From positions 62,001 through 126,000 of the forward strand of contig OZ024740.1 in NCBI GenBank assembly GCA_964016885.1: a stretch of DNA of 64,000 bases, in the 5' to 3' direction. The translations under genes were made by a program, and so were the position numbers. The notes beneath the pieces are model-generated. The model was given only the letters and a program-made list of their open reading frames with translations, was not told where the DNA came from and made no database searches. This document shows, one piece after another, positions 50,840 to 63,900 of the stretch. The first letter of the stretch is position 1. Each line of letters begins with the position of its first letter. Source of the DNA: Eledone cirrhosa. Taxonomy: Eukaryota.

Positions 50840-51010
50840 ATAATGGTGATCTTCTGTTGGCAAGTTGTGGCCAAGATTTTATTGTACGTATATGGAGATT
50901 ATCTGAGAAACTTACAGCAGAGGAAAAGGAAAACAACACTGTTATTAGGGACAAGCCCTCTACAGGAAATATTCAGATGAAAGAAACCCTTATAGATGTA
51001 CAGAGTAAAG
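50840..51010 (+). CDS. ELP2: ELP2 exon
   Basis: AG/GT flanks; DNGDLLLASCGQDFIVRIWRL...IQMKETLIDVQSK. Confidence 0.92.
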
Positions 51011-51533
51011 GTATACCATTTTGATTCTTATTTACATATCCTAAGTGAAGGCATGGGTACAAATTGCTGTGAGCCAGTCTAGATGATTGTGTTCTGAGTT
51101 CAAATCCCACCAATTGTTACCAATAAAGCAGTGATGTTTCTGTAAAATGTTGTGACCAACAGATGTCTCTTGTCACCAGAAAAAGCAGTGATGTTTCTGC
51201 TAAAAGTGGTAACCAACAGATACTATTTGCAAAGGAAAGACCAACATAAACATAGTTTTCTTGGTCTGGTCTGCTGATAAAATTCTTTATTTTTTTTCTT
51301 TAAAATAAATCATTATTATTATTATTTAAAAAGTTTGTGCCAAATTCCTTGTTATTCTTTCTTCCAGTTTGTCTATCTTTTCATATATTGTTTGTGTCAA
51401 CAAGATTTCAGTATTTTTTTTATTTTTCTTCTTCTGTCAGATCACAAAAGACTGAGCGAAAGAAGTCAGCAGTCTTTGATGCTTGTTGTTATTTTTTTGC
51501 TGCATTTATAAATGTGTCAACTTTTGTTTATAG

Positions 51534-51629
51534 GTTCCAAACTTTGCTTTGCTGTTACACTGGAATCAGTATTGTTGAGTCATGATGGCTGGATCTACAG
51601 TGTCAGATGGCATCCTCCTATTGAAAAAG
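51534..51629 (+). CDS. ELP2: ELP2 exon
   Basis: AG/GT flanks; GSKLCFAVTLESVLLSHDGWIYSVRWHPPIEK. Confidence 0.92.
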
Positions 51630-52959
51630 GTAAACACTCATAGACTCTCTCACTGTTTAACCATAGCAAAGAGTTGATTCAAACCTGTGAGACCTGTCAG
51701 TGAAATTTGGTAAAAGGAAACTAGATTGAACCTATAATTAAAAGTTCCAGCCATATTCATACTGTGTCACATGTCACACCGATGATTTTGCGTGAGAATT
51801 GTATTAAAGATACATGTGCCTGTAGAATATTCCACCATTTCCACATTAATTCATGAGGCAGACCTGTTTATTGTTGAATCTGATAAAGGATCCATCATGA
51901 GTCTACTTGGAGCACATCAGTGTTGATAATTTGGCACACACAGAGAGAATCACATCTGTTCACACTGCAATGGTGCAGTTTAAAATTCCAGTCGCAGAAA
52001 TGAAAGAATGATGGAATCTATAGTTAACCCTTTCATTACCATATTTCTAATGAAATACACCACCTCTGTCAGTTAATTCTGCAAATAGTCAACAATTTGA
52101 AGGAACTTCAGTAACTAATTAACCATATCATTAAGCTGGATCTTAGTAAATGGCTTAACAAAGATATTCCTCCTTCTCCTCCTCTGACTTATTCTTGAGA
52201 GGGTCATGGGGGGGGGGGGGGCAACATCCTCAAATACTCCTTCGAGCAAGTCCTGTCAGAAGCAACCGTCTCCAACTGATCTGGCTAGATCCCCAAGAGA
52301 GACCAGCCAAAATCGGATATGTTATCCAACTATTTTGATAAGGGTCTACCACTGGGTCTCCTGCCAGTTAGTTTTGCCCCTAAAATCTGTCCAAAGATTC
52401 TTTCCACATTTAAGACATTCTAACCACATGCCCATAGTATCGGAGGTGTGATCTCTCAATTCGGAGAAGTAGCTGCTCTACCTGGAGTGACTCTCTAATC
52501 TCCGCACTACGCACTTTATTGAGTAACGTTACTCCAAAGAGCCTTTGGAGGAACCCCATTTCAGACGCTTGTTTATTTCAATATGAATACTTTATAACAA
52601 GAGGTCTGTCATCATAGAATTTGGGTGGTTTTTGGCCAGTTGGTATCAAAAGGGTTAATCAGATTAAATAGGAAGGCCTCCTGTGTCACATGACCATTGT
52701 TTTCACTGTCTCCAGTAGATCTGTATTCTATATCTCACTGATGGAGATGATTATTTATGACTTACTATTGTATGCATATCACACTTATAGGAGTGACACC
52801 AAATCATTCTTCATCAGAATGTTATCCCTTTGGAATACCTTTCTTTACCAGGTTTTTTCTTATGTACAAGCACCCACCTACAGATACATTCACACACACA
52901 GTATTTTTTTAAATATAATATTTAACATAATTGATGGTGTTCATTGTGTAATTTTCCAG

Positions 52960-53060
52960 AAAACAGTTTACACCAACCTCTGAGGCTTCTTACTGCTTCC
53001 ATGGATAAAACCATGATACTTTGGTCAGTTGATAAAGATTCTGGTGTTTGGGTTGAAGAG
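52960..53060 (+). CDS. ELP2: ELP2 exon
   Basis: AG/GT flanks; [34 protein letters not shown]. Confidence 0.94.
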
Positions 53061-53683
53061 GTAAGAATCTATCAGGAATTTCTTAGCTTTTTAATATTTG
53101 TTTTCAATGTGTGTTTATATTGATATATATATATCTGTATTTATATATATTTATGTTCATATATATGATTTATCTGTTCATTTATGTTGATATACGTGTG
53201 TATGTGTATGTGTTTGTATACATATACCATGTTACCCAGTACAACCTGCTTCATAGTTGAGTGGTTGGCAACTAAACCAGCTCCCTCACCCTGGTCTGGT
53301 GAGGAGGGTAAATGGAACCCCAGCAGCACAAAAAACAAGAGTTGTTAAAAGGGTAGATGAACTCCTCAGAGTCAACGGCTATCCACCCCAAATATGGGTT
53401 AAATAGCCTCACCCACCCACAATTTACCAAATATGGTGAGTATGGCTACACCCCTAAAGACGTGTCCCAAACCAAAAGTGGTGGAGGGGTTCCTCCAACC
53501 GGAGTGGGAAGGCCCTGGGTCTGATCAGATGTGTTTATATTTATAGTCAACTGAAATTAATATATGTACAAATGTCAATTTCTCTTTGTCCTGGAATGTT
53601 TTCTGTCAATACAGACCAACACTTATCTCCATGAATTTTACTGAATCTATGATAATTACTGTAAATATGTATTTTCTAAACAG

Positions 53684-53806
53684 GTTCGTGTTGGAGAGGT
53701 TGGTGGCAATACATTAGGGTTCTATGGTGGGTTATTCAGTCCACAAGGGGACTCTATTTTAGCCCATGGCTACCAAGGTGCTCTACATCAATGGACATTC
53801 AACAAG
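53684..53806 (+). CDS. ELP2: ELP2 exon
   Basis: AG/GT flanks; [41 protein letters not shown], an ELP2 signature sequence. Confidence 0.95.
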
Positions 53807-53814
53807 GTAAGTAC

Positions 53815-54000
53815 TTTCTAGACATTGCCAGACTTAGCTCTGATAATATTATTACTGTAGTTTCTAGACATTGTCCTAGACTTAGCTCTGATAATATTAT
53901 TACTGTAGTTTCTAGAGAATGTCCTAGACTTATCTCTGATAATATTATTACTGTAGTTTCTAGGGATTGTCCTAGACTTAACTCTGATAATATTATTACT
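53815..54000. repeat. 48-bp minisatellite, 4 copies
   Basis: Unit TTTCTAGACATTGTCCTAGACTTAGCTCTGATAATATTATTACTGTAG. Confidence 0.92.
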
Positions 54001-55017
54001 CTGACTTTTATAAGACCTATGCTCCTAGAACTTAAGTAAAAAATTTCATCACAACTACTACTGTTGTCTTAAACCTTTCCTTCTGTTGCCTTTTTAGTGT
54101 ATTAACTCTTAAGTTAGTTATAGTTCAGGTTCAAGCTAGAGCTGAACTCAAAACCAAAAGACACCAGCAATGTTAAGAAGCCATCAATGTACTGGTTTGT
54201 TACCCCTCATCCTTACATTGGTGATGATGGTTCTTTCATTAGAGATATACTTCAGGAAATAACAAAAATATGTGTAGGTGGGTAAACATTTAGGTAGAAA
54301 AGAGGACAACAGGTGGATGAAAAGAACCAAAAGAGGAACAGAGAAAGGTGGCACAGGGAAAAGAGGAAATGAAGGTAAAACATGAAAGAATACATGATAG
54401 GGATCATAAGAGGTAGAAAACTGAAATAGAAGGGGCTTGATAGGGGATATTTCCAGCAGAGAGCTGCTTTATCCTAAAGAAAAAGTTTATTTTAAAAAAT
54501 TTATAAAATGAACTTAAGTCTCCTGTATAGTTTTAACTGCTCTGCCCCACTTCTATGGGAAAATTGAGATGTTTTATTGACAAAGATGTATTTGTTCTGG
54601 CTTTCTGTGTTCTGAGTTCAAATTCTACTTATGTCAACTTTGCCTTTCATCTTTATGGGGTCGATAATATAAAGTAGCAGTTTAGGGTAGTTGATTAGCA
54701 GAATTGTTACAGCACCAGACCGTATTTGTTTGTGTTTTTTGTGCTCTGAGTTCAAATACTTCCAAGGTCTACATAGAGAGTAGGTTTAGTCTGTCACTCA
54801 GTTTAACACTTGACTCTTAGGTACTTTCAGCAGAATCTACTCTACTGCAGGTATTTGGGTCTCAGGTTTGAGGATATGTTCTTCCTTCCCATAAATCTGG
54901 AAGGCTCTGACTAAACAGTAAAATCTAAGAGCTAATTTCTTCTTATTACTATGGTTTGGACCTGGTGTACATGTGTGTGTCACTGATTTAATAGTAATTA
55001 TGTCATTATAAATATTG

Positions 55018-55222
55018 GTTTCTGATTTAGGCACAAGTCCAACAATTTTGGGGGAGAGGAAAGTCAGCTAAATTGACCCCAGTGTATTACTGGTACTTTA
55101 TTTTATCGACCCTGTAAAGATGAAAGACAAAGCTAACCTCCCGGGATTTGTACTCAGATCATACAGGGCCTTAACTCAATGCCATATTGCATCTTGTCCG
55201 ACGCTCTACTGATACTGCCATC
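55018..55222 (-). mobile_element. SINE family S1 copy (further fragments at about 54600-54770, 59124-59590 and 60318-60465)
   Basis: Reverse complement of the 33214-33400 body (TACTGGTACTTTATTTTATCGACCC...GATGAAAG). Confidence 0.75.
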
Positions 55223-55455
55223 CAGTGCCCTTGTCACTATAAATATTAGGCTTCAATTAGATATATTAACTGTCTAAAAGGGTTAAAAACAATTTCTGTG
55301 TGTTTACTGCACCTTTTCCTCCTCATCATCATCGTTTAACGTCCATGTTCCAAGCTTGCATCCTGTTGAAAGTAGATTTTACATAAGAACTATGTTAAGT
55401 TACTCAGTAATGAAATAATTATTGATTAATTAATTGAAATGGTTGGTATTATCAG

Positions 55456-55611
55456 GAGAAAGAGTGTTGGCAACCATCTGTAACAGGAGGTGGACATTTC
55501 AAGACTGTGGAAGACATTGCCTGGGATCCTGTAGATGGTAGCTACTTGTTGAGTGTCAGTTTAGATCAAACATGTAGACTACATGCACCTTGGGTCATGG
55601 ATATCACACAG
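55456..55611 (+). CDS. ELP2: ELP2 exon
   Basis: AG/GT flanks; [52 protein letters not shown]. Confidence 0.94.
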
Positions 55612-55637
55612 GTAAGGATGGACTTTGTGGCTTCTCT

Positions 55638-56708
55638 TTGATATCACACTGGTGTCTGTTTGTGGTGGTGGGAGATATCACACTGCTGTCTGTGGTAGTG
55701 GTAGATATTGCACTGCAGTTGTCTATAATGGATATCACACTGCTGTGGATGGTGGTGGATATCACACTGTTGTCTGTGGTGAATATGATACTGTTGTCTG
55801 TGGTAGTGGTGGATATCACACTTGTCTGTGGTGGATATGATACTGTTGTCTGTGGTAGTGGTGGATATCACACTTGTCTGTGGTGGATATGATACTGTTG
55901 TCTGTGGTAGTGGTGGATATCACACTTGTCTGTGGTGGATATGATACTGTTGTCTGTGGTAGTGGTGGATATGATACTGTTGTCTGTGGTAGTGGTGGAT
56001 ATCACACTTGTCTGTGGTGGATATGATACTGTTGTCTGTGGTAGTGGTGGATATCACACTTGTCTGTGGTGGATATGATACTGTTGTCTGTGGTAGTGGT
56101 GGATATCACACTTGTCTGTGGTGGATATGATACTGTTGTCTGTGGTAGTGGTGGATATGATACTGTTGTCTGTTGTAGTGGTGGATATCACACTGTTGTC
56201 TGTGGTGGATATGATACTGTTGTCTGTGGTAGTGGTGGATATCACACTTGTCTGTGGTGGATATGATACTGTTGTCTGTGGATAGTGGTGGATATCACAC
56301 TTGTCTGTGGTGGATATGATACTGTTGTCTGTGGTAGTGGTGGATATCACACTTGTCTGTGGTGGATATGATACTGTTGTCTGTGGTAGTGGTGGATATG
56401 ATACTGTTGTCTGTGGTAGTGGTGGATATCACACTGTTGTCTGTGGTGGATATGATACTGTTGTCTGTGGTAGTGGTGGATATCACACTTGTCTGTGGTG
56501 GATATGATACTGTTGTCTGTGGTAGTGGTGGATATCACACTTGTCTGTGGTGGATATGATACTGTTGTCTGTGGTAGTGGTGGATATCACACTGTTGTCT
56601 GAGGTGGTGGTGGTGGATATCACGCTTGTCTGTGGGGGATATCATACTGTTGTCTGTGGTGAGAGATATTACACTGTTGTCTGTGGTGGTGATGGTGGTG
56701 GATATCAT
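55638..56708. repeat. Minisatellite of alternating 22-bp and 30-bp related units (52-bp dimer)
   Basis: GGATATCACACTTGTCTGTGGT and GGATATGATACTGTTGTCTGTGGTAGTGGT. Confidence 0.95.
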
Positions 56709-56796
56709 TGTCGCTATCATTGCTACTATTGCTATCAGTCACATCCATGTTGAATGAAGGTGATGTTGATGATATCTGTAAAATAAATAACACACG

Positions 56797-56831
<35 letters not shown>

Positions 56832-56835
<4 letters not shown>

Positions 56836-57171
56836 TCATCATCATCATCATTTTATGTCCGCTTTTTCCCTGCTTCCAAGGGTGGGACGGGAACTGATTC
56901 TGGCTTGATTTCTACAGCTGGATGCCCTTCCTAACACGAACCTCATGTACATTTAGTGCTGGGTGCTTTTTATCCGTAGCAGCTCTATGACCACTTTGCA
57001 GTGGAATGATAGGGACCCCAGTCCCTATCATCTCATTTCTACAGCTGAGTAAACTGGAGCAATGTGAAATAAAGTCTCTTGCTCAAGGAAACAACACATC
57101 ACCCGGTCTGAGAATTGAACTCACAACCTTTTGATTGCAAGGCCAATGCTCTAACCACTAAGCCATGCGCC
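56832..57171 (-). mobile_element. Full-length tRNA-derived SINE (family S2) with an RTE-derived 3' tail
   Basis: A box TGGCTTAGTGG, B box GAGTTCAATTC, central core, then GTTAGGAAGGGCATCCAGCTGTAGAAATCAAGCCAG and an (ATG)n tail as in RTE family A. Confidence 0.85.
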
Positions 57172-57302
57172 TATATATATATAACTATATATATGTGTGT
57201 GTGTGTGTATATCATATGTACAGTATATTGACGGTAAGAAACTGGCCTCTCTCCCTTAATGTTGTCTTTCTAATGTTTCACTGTTCTACTAAACCTTCAC
57301 AG

Positions 57303-57497
57303 CCACCAACATGGTACGAAGTTGCTCGACCTCAAGTGCATGGCTATGATATACAATGTCTGACTGTTTTGGGTCGTTATAAATTTGTCAGTGGTGCAGA
57401 TGAGAAAGTATTGAGGGTGTTTCATGCACCGAAGAATTTCATTGAGAATTTCTGCAATATCAGCCAGTTAAACATTGAAGAAGAGTTGAAGAATAAG
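57303..57497 (+). CDS. ELP2: ELP2 exon
   Basis: AG/GT flanks; [20 protein letters not shown]...[23 protein letters not shown]. Confidence 0.96.
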
Positions 57498-58291
57498 GTC
57501 AGTATTATTGGACATTCTCTTGTGTTTGGGAAATTGCTGTTATTTAACCCTGGGTTACTCTGATCTATTAGTTAGATCAGTCTTGATGCAAAAGTTTAGT
57601 CCTAGGTCAGTTGTGATTTAGCAGTTTCCATCACCCCCCAGTTCATTCATGATCCAGTATGTTAGCCTCAGGTTAGTCCTAATCCAGCAATTTTTTTCTT
57701 ACATTAGCCATGACCCAACTGTTTAGCCCCAGGTCAGTCCTGTTCTCAGTCTAGCACTCTTAGGCCAGCCTTGATCCAACAGACCTATATCAATATCATT
57801 CCAGTCATGTCCAACTGTCCTTTTATTCAAAATATTTTAACATAATATACCAGTAAGAGTATTCAGCTGATACATACTGCCTTCAAATATCTCGTCTCCA
57901 TTATTGTAGCACGGACAAGTGGAACAGCAGACTTCAAAACGATACTGATGATAAGCAAATACGCACTCCACATATACACTATCACATACATTATACACAT
58001 GCCACTGTTGTACCTAGAACATTCCATGAAGTGATTGGCATTAAGAGCCTGCAGCTGTAGAAGCTATGCCAAACAATGGGTTGACACTTCAGTTATACTA
58101 CGTCAACCTTGTTAGTGCTGCTTTGATAAAATATAAAATGTACCTGGGATACTCTGTAAAGTTGGGTATAGGAAGAGCATCCAGCTGTAGTACTCCTGCC
58201 AAAAGTAGAACGTATGTAAGTGGGACATGGCCCCCAGACCATGGAGGACGGTAACTGTGATGACCAACCCATGTCAACATGGAAGAAGGGA

Positions 58292-58546
58292 TCATCATCA
58301 TCACCGTTTTATGTCCATTCTTCCATGCTAGCATGGGTTAGACGGGTTGTCCTGTTGTGAACAGTGTCCGGTCAGCTGACCTTGTCTTGCTCATACTGGA
58401 ACTGATTCTGGCTTGATTTCTAAAGCTGGATGCCCTTCCTAACACCAACCTCATTTACAGTGAGTCCTGGGTGCTTTTTTGCCGTGGCGCCTACATGTCC
58501 ACTTTACAGTGGCAGGGGGTGGGGGCATATTGTCTATATGCTTCAG
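58292..58546 (-). mobile_element. RTE family A 3' UTR fragment
   Basis: Matches 17764-18075 with an internal deletion. Confidence 0.85.
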
Positions 58547-58677
58547 ATTCGGCTGGTACTCGTAGGGGGGGGGGGTCTTCTGTATTTAAATGATATCACT
58601 CAATCTATCAAAGTATTGTTATCTGATATCTCAACATCTTTACATCTCTCAACAATATCTTTTCTGTATGTTTTCAG

Positions 58678-58834
58678 GAAATCTCATCTGTACCCCACGG
58701 TGCCAGTGTTCCAGCCCTTGGCCTCTCAAATAAAGCTATCTATTATAATGAGAAAACAGCTGAAGAAGAGGGTTATCAGCCCCACCCCAATGAACAATAT
58801 CCTGAAGTGTATTTCTCTCCACTCACACTTCATG
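58678..58834 (+). CDS. ELP2: ELP2 exon
   Basis: AG/GT flanks; EISSVPHGASVPALGLSNKAIYY...YFSPLTLH. Confidence 0.94.
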
Positions 58835-58859
58835 GTTTGTTATATTGTTTCATTAACAC

Positions 58860-59101
58860 ATTATTGTTGTTGTTGTTGTTGTTATCATTGTTGTTATCAC
58901 TGTTGTTGTTGTTGTTATTACTGTTGTTGTTGTCACTGTTGTTGTTGTTGTTATTACTGTTGTTGTTGTCACTGTTGTTGTTATTACTGTTATCATTGTT
59001 GTTGTCACTGTTGTTGTTGTTATCATTATTGTTATTATTGTTGTTATTGTTGTTGTTATCATTGTTGTTGTTATTTTGTTGTTATCGTTGTTGTTGTTGT
59101 T
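58860..59101. repeat. (TGT)n interrupted microsatellite
   Basis: Direct inspection. Confidence 0.95.
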
Positions 59102-59187
59102 TTCATTATTTTTGTTATTATCATTAATCCCACCAAGGTTAGCTTTGCCTTTCATCCTTACTGGGTCGATAAAATAAAGTACCAGTA

Positions 59188-59532
59188 ATCATCATCATCA
59201 TCATCATCACTTTACGTCTGCTTTTCCCTGCTTGCAAGGGTGAGACGGGAACTGATGCTGGCTTGATCTCTACAGCTGGATGCCCTTCCTAACACCAACC
59301 TCATTTACAGGGAGTGTTGGGTGCTTTTTAGCCATGGCGCCTACACGACCACTTTGCAGTGGAATGGTAGGGACGCCAGTCCCTATCATCTCATTTCTAC
59401 AGCTGAGTAAACTGGAGCAATGTGAAATAAAATGTCTTGCTCAAGGAAACAACACATCACCCGGTCTGAGAATTGAACTCACAACCTTGCGATTGCAAGG
59501 CTAATGCTCTAACCACTAAGCCATATGCCTCC
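59188..59532 (-). mobile_element. Full-length SINE family S2 nested inside an S1 SINE
   Basis: Same structure as 56832-57171; the S1 body stops at GTACCAGTA (59187) and resumes TGTACTGGGTAATTGCTGGCCTTGTGCC (59534). Confidence 0.85.
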
Positions 59533-59824
59533 ATGTACTGGGTAATTGCTGGCCTTGTGCCAAGAGTAGAAACAATTATTATTATTATTGTTTTCATCAT
59601 CATCATTGTCATCACCAGCAACATCATCATCATCATATCCACTGTGTAAGAGCCAATAGCTGTTGCTGACTCACCTTGTTGGTGGCGGTACTCTTAAAGA
59701 TGTAGCAGATCCTAGTTCATAAGAGATGGCATTCCAGAGATTCCAAACTTTATCTGTAGTCATTATTTCAATAAAGACTGTCTTGATTCTCTTATTTCAA
59801 TAATAAAACTTTGTCTGTCTTCAG

Positions 59825-59955
59825 AGCCCCCCACAGAAGAACATTTGCTGCAGAACACACTTTGGCCTGAAATCCAAAAGTTATATGGACATGGTTACGA
59901 GATATTTGCTGTAGCAGCTGATCCCAGAGGAGAAATACTTGCTTCAGCTTGCAAA
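59825..59955 (+). CDS. ELP2: ELP2 exon
   Basis: AG/GT flanks; [44 protein letters not shown]. Confidence 0.96.
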
Positions 59956-60021
59956 GTAAGGACAAATCCTTTCTGTAGTTTGGTGTAAAATGTTACATCT
60001 AATTAGGTGACTAATCAGCCG

Positions 60022-60175
60022 AAAATGAGTACCAGCAATAGCTGGGGGTTTAACCCTGCAATAGACTGGCATCCTGTCCAGGGGGAAGTCTTGTACTCTC
60101 ATTTACTTGATGCCACGAAACTGCGATAAGCACTGGTCTGATGAGCCTCCGAGCTTGAGACAGATTTTAGACTTA
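60022..60175 (+). mobile_element. Probable old SINE 3' fragment
   Basis: AAATGAGTACC...CTGGGGGTTTAACCCTGCAATAGACTGGCATCCTGTCCAGGGGG resembles a widespread metazoan SINE body (recognised from memory, not searched). Confidence 0.45.
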
Positions 60176-60694
60176 GAATTAGCAATAAAGGATGGTGCTT
60201 TGAAATTATAGTAACTAGAACAGGATTGGGGAAAGTTTTCAGGTGGTTTGGTACCTAAATGGGTGGGGTAGAGGTAACATATTAAGTCTTTTTTTTTAGC
60301 TATCTGTCTGTGATGAAGAGGTGGTGAATTGGCAGTCGTTAGAATGTCGGATAGAATGCTGTGTAGTATTCATTTTGGCTCTTTGAGTTCAAATCCCGCT
60401 GAGGTCAACTTTGGCTTTCATCCAATCATGGTCGATAAAAAAGTACCAGTCAAGTACTAGGGTTGATTCTTCCTCTATATCTCTTTCTCACTTCCTTTCT
60501 CTCACTCTCTGGAAGAAATCTGTTGTATTCAGACCTGGAGAGGAGATGGGCTCCACCAGGTTTAAACAATGTCCTAGAAATGCCATATGTTATTGTGACA
60601 TCCTTACAACTCCTCAGGAGTTACAAGTCCATACCACACTGTGAGGAAGAAGTCTGTTGTTTTATATCAGCTTTGTTCTGTTTCTCATTCTCAG

Positions 60695-60875
60695 GCTTCC
60701 AAAAGTGAATTTGCTGGAATTATTTTGTGGAATTGCTCCAACTGGAAACAGTTTGGTGTCCTTGAAGGTCCATCACTGACGGTCACTCAACTTGCCTTTT
60801 CATATGATGGTCAACATCTTCTCTCTGTCTCCAGAGACCGCACCTGGACACTCTTTAGACGTTCAATGGACCATG
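60695..60875 (+). CDS. ELP2: ELP2 exon, last in the window; the gene continues downstream
   Basis: AG/GT flanks; ASKSEFAGIILWNCSNWKQ...SLTVTQLAFSYDGQHLLSVSRDRTWTLF. Confidence 0.95.
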
Positions 60876-60954
60876 GTTGGTTGTTGTTTTCTTTTGCCCT
60901 TTTTTGTTTTGTTATTTGATGTTCTTAGGTTTCTTAATATTTTGATTTCTCCAC

Positions 60955-63900
60955 CCCCTATAAACTACACCACCCCTCTCTTCCCCACCCTGTCAAATCC
61001 CTTCATCTCCCTATAAACTACACCACCTCTCTCTTCCCTACCCTGTCAAATCCCTTCATCTCCCTATAAACTACACCAACTCTCTCTTCCCAACCCTGTC
61101 AAATCCCTTCATCTCCCTATAAACTACACCAACTCTCTCTTCCCTACCCTGTCAAATCCCTTCATCTACCTATAAACTACACCACCTCTCTCTTCCCTAC
61201 CCTGTCAAATCCCTTCATCTCCCTATAAACTACACCACCTCTCTCTTCCCTACCCTGTCAAATCCCTTCATCTCCCTATAAACTACACCACCTCTCTCTT
61301 CCCTACCCTGTCAAATCCCTTCATCTCCCTATAAACTACACCACCCCTCTCTTCCCTACCCTGTCAAATCCCTTCATCTCCCTATAAACTACACCACCTC
61401 TCTCTTCCCTACCCTGTCAAATCCCTTCATCTCCCTATAAACTACACCACCTCTCTCTTCCCTACCCTGTCAAATCCCTTCATCTCCCTATAAACTACAC
61501 CACCTCTCTCTTCCCTACCCTGTCAAATCGCTTCATCTCCCTATAAACTACACCACATCTCTCTTCCCTACCCTGTCAAATCCCTTCATCTCCCTATAAA
61601 TTACACCACCCCTCTCTTCCCTACCCTGTCAAATCGCTTCATCTCCCTATAAACTACACCACCTCTCTCTTCCCTACCCTGTCAAATCCCTTCATCTCCC
61701 TATAAACTACACCACCTCTCTCTTCCCTACCCTGTCAAATCGCTTCATCTCCCTATAAACTACACCACCTCTCTCTTCCCTACCCTGTCAAATCCCTTCA
61801 TCTCCCTATAAATTACACCACCCCTCTCTTCCCTACCCTGTCAAATCGCTTCATCTCCCTATAAACTACACCACCTCTCTCTTCCCTACCCTGTCAAATC
61901 CCTTCATCTCCCTATAAACTACACCACCTCTCTCTTCCCTACCCTGTCAAATCGCTTCATCTCCCTATAAACTACACCACCTCTCTCTTCCCTACCCTGT
62001 CAAATCCCTTCATCTCCCTATAAATTACACCACCCCTCTCTTCCCTACCCTGTCAAATCGCTTCATCTCCCTATAAACTACACCACCTCTCTTCCCTACC
62101 CTGTCAAATCCCTTCATCTCCCTATAAACTACACCACCTCTCTCTTCCCTACCCTGTCAAATCCCTTCATCTCCCTATAAACTACACCACCTCTCTCTTC
62201 CCAACCCTGTCAAATCCCTTCATCTCCCTATAAACTACACCACCTCTCTCTTCCCTACCCTGTTAAATCCCTTCATCTCCCTATAAACTCCACCACCCCT
62301 CTCTTCCCAACCCTGTCACATCCCTTTGTCTCCCTATAAACTACACCACCCCTCTCTTCCCAACCCTGTCACATCCCTTTGTCTCCCTATAAACTACACC
62401 ACCTCTCTCTTCCCTACCCTGTCAAATCCCTTCATCTCCCTATAAATTACACCACCCCTCTCTTCCCTACCCTGTCAAATCCCTTCATCTCCCTATAAAC
62501 TACACCACCTCTCTCTTCCCAACCTTGTGAAATCCCTTCATCTCCCTATAAACTCCACCACCCCTCTCTTCCCAACCCTGTCACATCCCTTTGTCTCCCT
62601 ATAAACTACACCACCCCTCTCTTCCCAACCCTGTCAAATCCCTTCATCTCCCTATAAACTACACCACCTCTCTCTTCCCTACCCTGTCAAATCCCTTCAT
62701 CTCCCTATAAATTACACCACCCCTCTCTTCCCTACCCTGTCAAATCCCTTCATCTCCCTATAAACTACACCACCTCTCTCTTCCCAACCTTGTGAAATCC
62801 CTTCATCTCCCTATAAACTCCACCACCCCTCTCTTCCCAACCCTGTCACATCCCTTTGTCTCCCTATAAACTACACCACCCCTCTCTTCCCAACCCTGTC
62901 ACATCCCTTTGTCTCCCTATAAACTACACCACCTCTCTCTTCCCTACCTTGTCAAATCCCTTCATCTCCCTATAAACTACACCACCTCTCTCTTCCCTAC
63001 CCTGTCAAATCCCTTCATCTCCCTATAAATTACACCACCCCTCTCTTCCCTACCCTGTCAAATCCCTTCATCTCCCTATAAACTACACCACCTCTCTCTT
63101 CCCAACCTTGTGAAATCCCTTCATCTCCCTATAAATTACACCACCTCTCTCTTCCCTACCCTGTCAAATCCCTTCATCTCCCTATAAACTACACCACCTC
63201 TCTCTTCCCTACCCTGTCAAATCCCTTCATCTCCCTATAAACTACACCACCTCTCTCTTCCCTACCCTGTCAAATCGCTTCATCTCCCTATAAACTACAC
63301 CACCTCTCTCTTCCCTACCCTGTCAAATCCCTTCATCTCCCTATAAACTACACCACCTCTCTCTTCCCTACCCTGTCAAATCCCTTCATCTCCCTATAAA
63401 CTACACCACCCCTCTCTTCCCTACCCTGTCACATCCCTTCGTCTCCCTATAAACTAAACCACCCCTCTCTTCCCTACCCTGTCAAATCCCTTCATCTCCC
63501 TATAAACTACACCACCCCTCTCTTCCCTACCCTGTCACATCCCTTCGTCTCCCTATAAACTACACCACCTCTCTCTTCCCTACCCTGTCAAATCCCTTCA
63601 TCTCCCTATAAACTACACCACCTCTCTCTTCCCTACCCTGTCAAATCGCTTCATCTCCCTATAAACTACACCACCCCTCTCTTCCCTACCCTGTCACATC
63701 CCTTCATCTCCCTATAAACTACACCACCTCTCTCTTCCCTACCCTGTCAAATCCCTTCATCTCCCTATAAACTACACCAACTCTCTCTTCCCAACCCTGT
63801 GAAATCCCTTCATCTCCCTATAAACTACACCACCCCTCTCTTCCCTACCCTGTCAAATCCCTTCATCTCCCTATAAACTACACCACCCCTCTCTTCCCTA

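Noticed and set aside
55590-56753. Repetitive ORFs (CGGYDTVV / ISTTTTDNS)
   Set aside because: Short frame-switching translations of an intronic minisatellite.
57095-57171. tRNA gene
   Set aside because: A and B boxes are present but there is no full cloverleaf, and the sequence continues into a SINE core and LINE-derived tail.
58430-59188. Cys-rich, poly-Leu or poly-Thr proteins
   Set aside because: Translations of the (TGT)n microsatellite; the true ELP2 exon is in a different frame.
60130-60165. Hammerhead at CTGATGAGCC
   Set aside because: No properly placed GAAA or supporting stems; part of a SINE-like tail.
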